A stretch of 64,000 nucleotides of DNA from contig JBLHNA010000014.1 in NCBI GenBank assembly GCA_047619065.1, positions 14,863 to 78,862 of the forward strand, in the 5' to 3' direction. Source of the stretch: Desulforhopalus sp. (lineage in GTDB: Bacteria > Desulfobacterota > Desulfobulbia > Desulfobulbales > Desulfocapsaceae). A program made the position numbers and the translations under genes. Shown in pieces: positions 40,244 to 48,388 of this stretch (position 1 is the first letter of the stretch; each line of letters begins with the position of its first letter). The notes under the pieces are model-generated. The model did not search any database. It saw only the letters and a list, made by a program, of their open reading frames with translations, and was not told the DNA's origin.

Positions 40244-43200
40244 ATGAAAAACGTCCGCATTTTCATATCCTCTCCAGGCGATGTTGCCGAAGAACGTAAC
40301 CGAGCTAAGCAAGTCGTCGAACAGCTCCGCCGTCGTTACGCCGGTCGGCTAACCCTGGAATCTGTGTTGTGGGAAGATCTTCCCCTTCAGGCAGACATGT
40401 CCTTTCAAGAAGGCATCGATCTTGTCCTCTCCAACGAGCATGGACTCGACATCGCCCTGTTTATCCTCTGGTCACGTCTAGGAACTCCCTTGGGCGCGTT
40501 AATTACCAAAGAAGATGGCACTGAGTACCGTTCAGGTACAGAACGAGAGTTGGACCTGATTCTCCGTGCCAGAGCGCAGGCTAAGGAAAAAACCGGGGAA
40601 AACGACAATCATCCAGTTCGACCAGATATCCTCGTTTACCTCCGCGCCGACGACACCAGCTTTGATGAACGGTTGCGAGGGCATTCGACTGATGAAAAGG
40701 AAAAGCTGATCAATCAAAAGAAACTCGTAGAGCAATTTATTCGCGAAGAGTTTCATGATCCTGATAGCGGCAGCAACATCCGCGCCTATCACTCGTTTAA
40801 TATCCCCACCACCTTCTCTCAAAGGTTACGCGTCCATTTGCAGGAATTGCTCGACAAGATGGTAACTGATATCGAAGGCCAGCCGATTTGGGACATTGAT
40901 CAAAAAGGCCCTCCTTTCCGTGGTTTGGAGTCTTTTGATTACGAACATACTGACGTGTTTTTCGGCCGTGAGGACGAGATTCTTGAAGTTCGCCAAGCCC
41001 TTCGGCAGCAGGCACGAAACGGCTGCGCCTTTGTTCTCATTTCCGGGGCCAGCGGCAGTGGTAAATCCTCCCTCGCGCGTGCCGGAGTTCTTCCCACCCT
41101 CACCAGTTACGAAATCGATGAAAGTATTGTTGGTTGGCGCTATGCAGTGTTTAGCCCCGGACAGGTGGCGGGCGACGGTCTGATTCGTGGCCTTGCACTG
41201 TTTCTGATGAGCAACACGGCCTTGCCCGAACTTCGCAATGATGACCAGACGCTTGATGACCTCACCGAGGGATTAGCCAAGGATCCCGAGGTTACCTACA
41301 AACTTCGAATAAAACAGGCGCTGCAAAAAGCAGCAGAAGACAAGCTGGGAAGTATCCGTCTGGTACTTCTAGTTGATCAGTTTGAAGAACTGTTTACCGA
41401 TCCTCGCATCAAACCCGAGGAACGGGTACTCTTTGTTAATGCTCTCGATGCTCTGGCCCGAAGCGGCATGGTCTGGGTGATGGCCACGGTGCGCAGTGAT
41501 TTTTATGAACGTTGTGAACAACTTCCAGTGCTCATGGCCATGAAGGGAAGCGGTGGCCAGTTTTCCGTCCAGGTCCCTGGGGTTGATGCCCTGCGCCGCT
41601 TGATCACCGAGCCAGCCCGCCTGGCAGGTCTCAAGTATGAAGAATGTGATGGAAAAACCCTTGACAGTGTCATCCTGGATGACGCGTCACAGCATCTTGA
41701 GTTACTGCCACTGCTCGAATATCTGTTGCTGGAACTCTTCCGGGCGCGCACAAAGGATAACGTACTGACCTTTGTTGCATATGAAAACTTCGCGGCATAC
41801 ACCCAGGACGGCCTGAAACTCGGCGGCATCCGGGGCGCACTTGCTAAACGGGCTGAGGAGACTTGGCTCCAAGTCAATTCCAGTGAACCTGTTTTTGCCT
41901 CGGTTATGAAATCACTGATTACCATCGGTGGTGAGGAAGAAGAAAGCGCCGTCCGCCGTACCAGCCCCCTCGCCAATGTCACCGATACCCCAGAAAAATA
42001 TGCCTTTGTCCAAGCCTTTATAGAGGCTCGCCTCTTTGCCACGCAAGGTGAGTCACAGCAAAACGAAGAACAGCTGCAAAGCGATTCACATTTAGAAAGT
42101 GGTTCAAATGAAAAACAAGGGACGAATGCAACCGTTTCCGTTGCCCATGAAGCATTATTTCGAGTGTGGGGCAAAGCAGTCAACTGGATCGAAGCCAACA
42201 CAGAATTCCTCAGAGTGCGAGCCCAGGTCGCTCAACGCATGCAACAAGGAGGTGTCCTCCTGCCGGGTGACCCCCTTTTCGAACGAGCAAGAGCCCAGCT
42301 GACCCAACAACGCGAGAGTTTTGATGGGAAACAAGTTCTATTTATTGAAAAAGCGATTGCTAATGCCGAGCGGAAAAAAAAGCGCGCCAAAAAAATTCGA
42401 CACTCAGTCATCGCCGGGTTGCTCCTCCTGACACTTGCTGCGCTGGGAGGTATGGGGTTGGCGCGCCTTGAGTCAGGTAAATCTAAGAAAATCACTACTG
42501 AAACCCAACTTCGAGAAGCCAAGTTTACTTGGCTCCCACGCGCCAAAAACGCAACAATTAACAGGATATTTCCACAAAACGTTCTTTACGCCGGTCGTGC
42601 TCTCAGTTTCAGGGGCTATGGTTTTAATAAGCTTTCTCCAGAAGAACAAATTTCTATTGAGAAGCAATTCCCCAAACTTTTTGTCTTTGCTGACTATCGA
42701 GAATTGCATCAAGACCTCCGACAGCAGATAGAAGGGCACATAAAACCCTTGCTGCCGATATGGACAAGTCCAGTGACTAATCACCACAAGTCATCTGTTA
42801 ACAGCGTGGCCTTCAGCCCGGATGGCAACACCCTGGCAAGCGGAGGTGGGTACGAGGACAATATTATCAAGTTGTGGGATGTTGTCTCCGGCGATGTGCT
42901 GCACAGTTTAAGTGGACATACGGGATCTGTCAACAGCGTGGCCTTTAGCCCGGATGGCAAAACCCTGGCAAGCGGAGGTGGGTACAAGGACAATATTATC
43001 AAGCTGTGGGACGTGGCCTCCGGTAAAGAGATAGGCAGTTTAAGCGGACATATGAGATCTGTCAACAGCGTGGTCTTCAGCCCGGATGGCAAAACCGTGG
43101 CAAGTGGCAGTGGGGACAAAATCATCAAGTTGTGGGATATTGCCTCTGGCAAAGAAACAGGCAGTTTAAGCGGACATACGGGTTCTGTCGCCAGCGTAGC

Positions 43201-45946
43201 CTTCAGCCCGGATAGTAAAACCCTGGCAAGCGGAGATGAGTACAAGGACAATATTATCAAGCTGTGGGACGTGGCCTCCGGTAAAGAGATAGGCAGTTTA
43301 AGTGGACATACGGGATCTGTCAACAGCGTGGCCTTCAGCCCGGATGGCAACACCCTGGCAAGCGGAGGAGGGTACGAGGACAATATTATCAAGCTGTGGG
43401 ACGTGGCCTCCGGTAAAGAGATAGGCAGTTTAAGTGGACATACGGGATCTGTCAACAGCGTGGCCTTCAGTCCGGACGTTAAAACTCTGGTAAGCGGTAG
43501 TAGTGACAAAACCATCAAGCTGTGGGATTGGGCCTCCGGTAAAGAGATAGGCAGTTTAAGCGGACATGGGGGTACTGTCACCAGCCTGGCCTTTACCCTT
43601 GATGGTAAAACTTTGGTTAGCGGCAGTGATGACAAAACCATCAAGCTATGGGATCTGACTAGCGGCAAACAGAAAGGTATTTCAAACGGATATGAATCTA
43701 ATCTCATCAGTGTTACCTTCAGCCCTGATGGTAAAATCCTGGCAAGCGTGCGTGAAGACAAAACTATCAAGCTATGGGATGTGGCCAGCGGCAAAGAGAA
43801 AGGGACTTTAAACGGACATAGGTCTAATCTCACCAGCGTGGCCTTCAGCCCGGACGGTAAAACCCTGGCAAGCGGCAGTAGAGACAAAACCATCAAGCTA
43901 TGGGATCTGGCCAGCGGCAAAGAGCAAGGCAGTTTAAGCGGCCATGGGGATACTGTCACAAGCGTGGTCTTTAACCCGGATGGAAAAACCTTGGCTAGTG
44001 TCAGTTGGGACGATACTATCAAGCTATGGGATGTTGTCTCCGGCGATGTGCTGCACAGTTTAAGTGGACATATGGGAGATGTCCGCAGTGTGGCCTTCAG
44101 CCCGGATGGAAAAACCCTGGCAAGCGGCAGTGCTGACGATACCATCAAGCTATGGGATGTGGCCTCCGGTAAAGAGAAGGGTAGTTTAAACGGACATGTG
44201 GAAACTGTCACCAGCGTGGCTTTCAGCCCAGATGGTGAAACCCTGGCAAGCGGCAGTATAGACACTAGCATCAAGCTGTGGGATATGACCACAGGAAAAC
44301 AGAAAGGTAACTTAAGCGGACATGGGGATACTGTCACCAGCGTGGTCTTCAGCCTGGATGGAAAAATTCTGGCAAGTGGCAGTTTGGACAAGACAATCAA
44401 ACTGTGGGATCTGGCCAGCGGCAAAGAGCAAGGCAGTTTAAGCGGCCATGGGGATACTGTCACCAGCGTGGCCTTCAGCCCAGATGGTAAAACCCTGGCT
44501 AGCGGCAGTGAGGACAAGACAATCAAACTGTGGGATATTGCCACCACCAAAGAGCAAGGTAGTATAAGCGGACATGGTGGGGTGCGTTTTGTCCTCAGCG
44601 TCGCCTTCAGCCCAAATGGCGAGACCCTAGCAAGTGGCTGTTTGGACAATACCATCATGCTGTGGTGGGATTCGGATACCGGCAAAAATACTATCAGTTT
44701 AAGCGGAAATGTGGGTATTGTCACCAGCGTCACCTTTAGCCCAGATGGCAATATCCTAGCAAGCGGGAGTAGAGACAATACCATCAAACTGTGGGACGTG
44801 ACCTCCGGTAAAGAGATAGGCAGTTTAAGCAGACATACGGAACCTGTTAACAGCGTCGCCTTCAGCCCAAATGGCGAGACCCTAGCAAGTGGCAGTGAGG
44901 ACAATACCATCATGCTATGGGATTGGGGCTCAGGCAAAGAAACAGGCAGTTTAAGCGGCCATGCGGATTCTGTTCGTAGTGTGGCTTTCAGCCCGGATGG
45001 AAAAACCCTGGCAAGCGGCAGTATGGACAAAACCATCAAGCTATGGGATTGGGGCTCAGGCAAAGAAACAGGCAGTTTAAGCGGCCATGCGGATTCTGTT
45101 TGTAGTGTGGCTTTCAGCCCGGATGGAAAAACCCTGGCAAGCGGCAGTATGGACAAAACCATCAAGCTATGGGATTGGGCCGCTGGCAAAGAAACAGGAA
45201 GCTTAAGCGGACATACGGAACCTGTTAACAGTGTGGCTTTCAGCTCGGATGGCAAAACCCTGGCAAGCGGCAGTATGGACAAAACCATCAAGCTGTGGGA
45301 TTGGGCCTCTGGCAAAGAAACAGGAAGCTTAAGCGGACATACGAAAACTGTTAACAGCGTGGCCTTCAGCCCGGATGGAAAAACCCTGGCAAGCGGCAGT
45401 ACGGACACTAGCATCAAGCTATGGGATGTGGATGCAGACTATCACTTCAATTTGTTAGGATATTTTGTCAACGAATGGTACGAATTTGACCAAGAGACCG
45501 GCGATGTAATCCCTGCAACTCCTCTCAGTAATCTCTACGGGTCGAAAGATTTTGGATTTCTCAACGTGGGTGCTTGGACGCACGTTGGTGTCTTGCAAAG
45601 TGCCAAAACTCTTGAAGAACAAAACCGCCGTCTCTATAACCACTACCTCTATAGCAACGGGGCGCTTGGTGCCTTAGCCCTTCTTGACCAACCCATGGAC
45701 GAGAAACCCGATGCCACCCCACTCGCCGCCTACGCAGCCGCACTTTTTACCCAAGACGGCCAACAAGATCGAGCCCGCATTTTTTTCGACCGCTTGCGGT
45801 TCACGAAATGGGGCCGGCAAAACCTTGCCTCAAAGGAAATGATCGATCGATTGAATATAGACGATGCCACGACAATATCATTGAAACAGTTGCTGCTTGT
45901 GGCAAATCAAACTAATGGACCATTGGAATCAGGAGCTGAAAAATAG
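40244..45946 (+). CDS. Giant (1901 aa) STAND-type protein. Domain order: DUF4062/TIR-like N-terminus, P-loop NTPase, single TM helix, 21 WD40 blades, ~170-aa unknown C-terminal domain.
   Basis: VRIFISSPGDVAEERNRAKQVVEQL (DUF4062-type start). PPFRGLESFDYEHTDVFFGREDEI followed by Walker A GASGSGKS (41045-41068) and Walker B-like LVLLVDQFEELF. KKKRAKKIRHS-VIAGLLLLTLAALGGMGLA (TM, 42407-42463). 21 repeats of the (S/N)VAFSPDGKTLASGS.DKTIKLWD type. Confidence 0.9.
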   Translation: MKNVRIFISSPGDVAEERNRAKQVVEQLRRRYAGRLTLESVLWEDLPLQADMSFQEGIDLVLSNEHGLDIALFILWSRLGTPLGALITKEDGTEYRSGTERELDLILRARAQAKEKTGENDNHPVRPDILVYLRADDTSFDERLRGHSTDEKEKLINQKKLVEQFIREEFHDPDSGSNIRAYHSFNIPTTFSQRLRVHLQELLDKMVTDIEGQPIWDIDQKGPPFRGLESFDYEHTDVFFGREDEILEVRQALRQQARNGCAFVLISGASGSGKSSLARAGVLPTLTSYEIDESIVGWRYAVFSPGQVAGDGLIRGLALFLMSNTALPELRNDDQTLDDLTEGLAKDPEVTYKLRIKQALQKAAEDKLGSIRLVLLVDQFEELFTDPRIKPEERVLFVNALDALARSGMVWVMATVRSDFYERCEQLPVLMAMKGSGGQFSVQVPGVDALRRLITEPARLAGLKYEECDGKTLDSVILDDASQHLELLPLLEYLLLELFRARTKDNVLTFVAYENFAAYTQDGLKLGGIRGALAKRAEETWLQVNSSEPVFASVMKSLITIGGEEEESAVRRTSPLANVTDTPEKYAFVQAFIEARLFATQGESQQNEEQLQSDSHLESGSNEKQGTNATVSVAHEALFRVWGKAVNWIEANTEFLRVRAQVAQRMQQGGVLLPGDPLFERARAQLTQQRESFDGKQVLFIEKAIANAERKKKRAKKIRHSVIAGLLLLTLAALGGMGLARLESGKSKKITTETQLREAKFTWLPRAKNATINRIFPQNVLYAGRALSFRGYGFNKLSPEEQISIEKQFPKLFVFADYRELHQDLRQQIEGHIKPLLPIWTSPVTNHHKSSVNSVAFSPDGNTLASGGGYEDNIIKLWDVVSGDVLHSLSGHTGSVNSVAFSPDGKTLASGGGYKDNIIKLWDVASGKEIGSLSGHMRSVNSVVFSPDGKTVASGSGDKIIKLWDIASGKETGSLSGHTGSVASVAFSPDSKTLASGDEYKDNIIKLWDVASGKEIGSLSGHTGSVNSVAFSPDGNTLASGGGYEDNIIKLWDVASGKEIGSLSGHTGSVNSVAFSPDVKTLVSGSSDKTIKLWDWASGKEIGSLSGHGGTVTSLAFTLDGKTLVSGSDDKTIKLWDLTSGKQKGISNGYESNLISVTFSPDGKILASVREDKTIKLWDVASGKEKGTLNGHRSNLTSVAFSPDGKTLASGSRDKTIKLWDLASGKEQGSLSGHGDTVTSVVFNPDGKTLASVSWDDTIKLWDVVSGDVLHSLSGHMGDVRSVAFSPDGKTLASGSADDTIKLWDVASGKEKGSLNGHVETVTSVAFSPDGETLASGSIDTSIKLWDMTTGKQKGNLSGHGDTVTSVVFSLDGKILASGSLDKTIKLWDLASGKEQGSLSGHGDTVTSVAFSPDGKTLASGSEDKTIKLWDIATTKEQGSISGHGGVRFVLSVAFSPNGETLASGCLDNTIMLWWDSDTGKNTISLSGNVGIVTSVTFSPDGNILASGSRDNTIKLWDVTSGKEIGSLSRHTEPVNSVAFSPNGETLASGSEDNTIMLWDWGSGKETGSLSGHADSVRSVAFSPDGKTLASGSMDKTIKLWDWGSGKETGSLSGHADSVCSVAFSPDGKTLASGSMDKTIKLWDWAAGKETGSLSGHTEPVNSVAFSSDGKTLASGSMDKTIKLWDWASGKETGSLSGHTKTVNSVAFSPDGKTLASGSTDTSIKLWDVDADYHFNLLGYFVNEWYEFDQETGDVIPATPLSNLYGSKDFGFLNVGAWTHVGVLQSAKTLEEQNRRLYNHYLYSNGALGALALLDQPMDEKPDATPLAAYAAALFTQDGQQDRARIFFDRLRFTKWGRQNLASKEMIDRLNIDDATTISLKQLLLVANQTNGPLESGAEK
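42781..45432 (+). repeat. Array of 21 tandem WD40-encoding units (126 nt; four units of 132 nt), several near-identical at the DNA level
   Basis: Units 44915-45040 and 45041-45166 differ at one base (44975 C vs 45101 T). ~80 nt at 43261-43340 is repeated exactly at an offset of +132. A ~45-nt stretch, GGGATGTTGTCTCCGGCGATGTGCTGCACAGTTTAAGTGGACATA, occurs at ~42876 and ~44026. Confidence 0.95.
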
Positions 45947-46111
45947 AGGTAGTTATCAGGAGATTGGATACATGGTGACAGGTATGCTTGATTAAAGCAG
46001 AAGAGTGGGGGATAGTTTTTTATAACGAATCGTTCCGTCGGCTAAACAGGAGAACTAAAGGTTAATATTTCCACATAAAAGGTATGATATATTCCACAAT
46101 ACTGAGATTTT

Positions 46112-46330
46112 ATGATGTCTATTATTGTTATCAAGGGCGAGAGCATGATCCTGACCTGGAGCGTGGATAGCACCGCTCGCTTCTGGGATATCCAATGGGC
46201 TATGGGTGACACTAACGATCCTAAATTTGTCCATGACCTCCACCGTGAAAAACTTGTCGGCGCTCCACCACCAACGCCCTGGGATACCCTTAAGTCTCTG
46301 CTATGGCCTTCAAGCACGCAGAGTAGATAG
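46112..46330 (+). pseudogene. Orphan, diverged WD40-blade fragment in the gap between gene 1 and gene 2
   Basis: The 72-aa ORF contains ILTWSVDSTARFWDI (D-x-T-x-R-x-WD blade end). It has no RBS and no propeller context. Confidence 0.35.
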
Positions 46331-46368
46331 TTACAGGCAAACAGATACCGTCAAAACAGGTGAATCAG

Positions 46369-48339
46369 ATGAACGTTTTTATAGTCCGCCCCTTTGGCGA
46401 AAAAGAGGGGATCAACTTTGACGAGGTCGAAAATCTGCTGATTCAGCCAGCTCTAAAGAGCATTGATGTCCATGGCAGCACGACCGGAGTAATCGTCAAG
46501 GCTGGCAATATTCGCCATGACATGTTCCAATTGCTGCTTGTGGCAGATCTGGTTATTGCCGATATCTCGATCCACAACGCCAATGTCTTTTACGAACTTG
46601 GCATTCGCCATGCCCTCCGTGATAAACGGACGATTATGATCCGCTGCGGCAGCAATGAAGTTCCCTTCGATCTGAAAACTGATCGCTACCTTTCATACGA
46701 CAAAAACGACCCGGCCGAGTCTCTTCCTGTACTGATCCAATCATTACAAGATACGATTGCCTCTCAGGATAAGGACAGCCCAGTGTTTCAGTTACTGCCT
46801 GATCTTGAGGCGCAGGATCAGAGCCGGTTTATAGTGGTGCCCAAGGATTTCCAGGAAGAAGTTGATCTCGCTCGGATACATCAGTGGCAGGGAGATTTGA
46901 AGCTGCTGGCAGAGGAAGTGCAAGGTCTCTTTTGGGCAAGAGAGGGACTCCGCATTATAGGTAGAGTTCAATTCAAATTACAGGATTATGAGGGAGGTCG
47001 TGATACCTGGGAGCAGGTTCGCAAGGTGTACCCGGATGTCCTTGAAGCCAACCTGCTTCTCGGCACCATATATCAACGCCTAGGTGATCTGGCCTGCTCT
47101 GATCAGGCAATAGAGAGGGTTCTCTCTCAAAAGTGCAGTTCAACGAGTGACCGGGCCGAAGCATATGCCCTGCGTGGCCGAAATAGTAAAATACGCTGGC
47201 AGGCCGATTGGTTAAACAGTCCTGAACCGGATGTACCCCAAAATGCCCTGCGCTCCCCCCATCTGCTGCAGGCCTTTACAGCCTACGAGCAAGGCTACCT
47301 TCAGGATCTTAACCATTATTATTCAGGAATTAATGCACTGGCCCTACTGGTGGTTCTCACCGACCTTGCCGCCCGTTTTCCTGAGGTCTGGGTGACCTGT
47401 TTTGACGAGGACGATGAGGCTATTCAACGGCTCAAATACCTGGGTAAGCGGTGTACTGAATTGGCAAGCACCGTCACTCTTTCTCTCAAAGCGGAGAAGG
47501 ATCGCTTAACGCGTTCGGAGCAGGAAGATGTCTGGTTCGATATCACCTGTGCTGATCTTCGTTGTTTGACACTGACGCGCCCCGAACGGGTGGCGCAAGC
47601 CTACCGCACTGCCTTTAATAAAATTGACCCCTTCTCATATGAGTCTGCAGCCCAGCAGTTGCAAATGTTAGAAACTCTAGGTGTCCGAAAGGACAATGTG
47701 CAGGCGGCAGTCCAGGAGATAACTGTCCTGCGGCCGACAGCCGAGCGAAAGGTAAAAAAGGAGCCCCATGTGTTGCTTTTTACAGGGCATATGATTGATC
47801 AGGATGACAGGGAGCAACCGAGGTTCCCTGCTGCAAAGGAATCAGCAGTGCGGCAAGAGATTGAAAAACATGTTGCAGCCGAACTGTCACGGGTTGAGGG
47901 AGAGCTTATCGGGGTGACAGGCTGTGCCTGCGGAGGGGATATCTTGTTTCATGAAGTTTGTGCCGATCTGGGGATTATAACCAAAATATATCTCGCTCTG
48001 CCCAAGGATCAGTACATTGTTACCTCTGTGCAACATGGCGGACCACAGTGGGTAGATCGGTTCAATCAGCTTAACCAGCGTCTTGATTCTCGTATACTCT
48101 CAACTACAAAAGAACTGCCACGGTGGCTTCAAGAGAAAGACAAATACTCCTTCTGGCAACGCAACAATCTCTGGACATTTTATAATGGTTTGGCTCTTGG
48201 CGAGGCAAATATGTCTTTGATTGCCCTTTGGGATGGCCGGGGGGGCGATAGCCCGGGCGGCACTGAAGACATGGTAAAACACGCCAGATCCCATGGGGCC
48301 AAGGTTATTATCATTGACATAAACACGATATGTTCATGA
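46369..48339 (+). CDS. Three-module protein: N-terminal TIR-like/flavodoxin-like domain (DUF4071-type, from memory), central TPR-like helical region, C-terminal SLOG/LOG-like Rossmannoid domain
   Basis: MNVFIVRPFGEKEGINFDEV...ADLVIADISIHNANVFYELGIRHAL. The helical middle has LLLGTIYQRLGD and YYSGINALALL. The C-terminus has VLLFTGHMID...GVTGCACGGD (47920-47940) and SPGGTEDM (48250-48270), resembling the LOG PGGxGTxxE motif. AGGTGA RBS before the ATG at 46369. Confidence 0.75.
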   Translation: MNVFIVRPFGEKEGINFDEVENLLIQPALKSIDVHGSTTGVIVKAGNIRHDMFQLLLVADLVIADISIHNANVFYELGIRHALRDKRTIMIRCGSNEVPFDLKTDRYLSYDKNDPAESLPVLIQSLQDTIASQDKDSPVFQLLPDLEAQDQSRFIVVPKDFQEEVDLARIHQWQGDLKLLAEEVQGLFWAREGLRIIGRVQFKLQDYEGGRDTWEQVRKVYPDVLEANLLLGTIYQRLGDLACSDQAIERVLSQKCSSTSDRAEAYALRGRNSKIRWQADWLNSPEPDVPQNALRSPHLLQAFTAYEQGYLQDLNHYYSGINALALLVVLTDLAARFPEVWVTCFDEDDEAIQRLKYLGKRCTELASTVTLSLKAEKDRLTRSEQEDVWFDITCADLRCLTLTRPERVAQAYRTAFNKIDPFSYESAAQQLQMLETLGVRKDNVQAAVQEITVLRPTAERKVKKEPHVLLFTGHMIDQDDREQPRFPAAKESAVRQEIEKHVAAELSRVEGELIGVTGCACGGDILFHEVCADLGIITKIYLALPKDQYIVTSVQHGGPQWVDRFNQLNQRLDSRILSTTKELPRWLQEKDKYSFWQRNNLWTFYNGLALGEANMSLIALWDGRGGDSPGGTEDMVKHARSHGAKVIIIDINTICS

Positions 48340-48388
48340 GATTAATGACTACAGACACCATTTAATTTATAGCAAAGGGAAAATCGAC

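Noticed and set aside
42781-45417. 878-aa ORF on the minus strand, antisense to the WD40 array
   Set aside because: It is a shadow of the tandem repeat. The same stop-free antisense frame is simply copied 21 times, giving a monotonous SHSLMVLS.LPLARV.PSGLKATL.T pattern with no start context or RBS. The plus-strand frame carries clear WD40, NTPase and TIR-like signatures.
42781-45432. Regular 126-nt periodicity could suggest a CRISPR array or satellite
   Set aside because: There is no short-repeat/unique-spacer organisation. The whole unit is coding and in frame within a 5.7-kb ORF, and no cas genes are present.
40244-45946. Diversity-generating retroelement acting on the variable WD40 positions
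   Set aside because: No reverse transcriptase gene, template repeat or adenine-specific mutation pattern is visible in or near the island. Unequal recombination or gene conversion explains the identical units.
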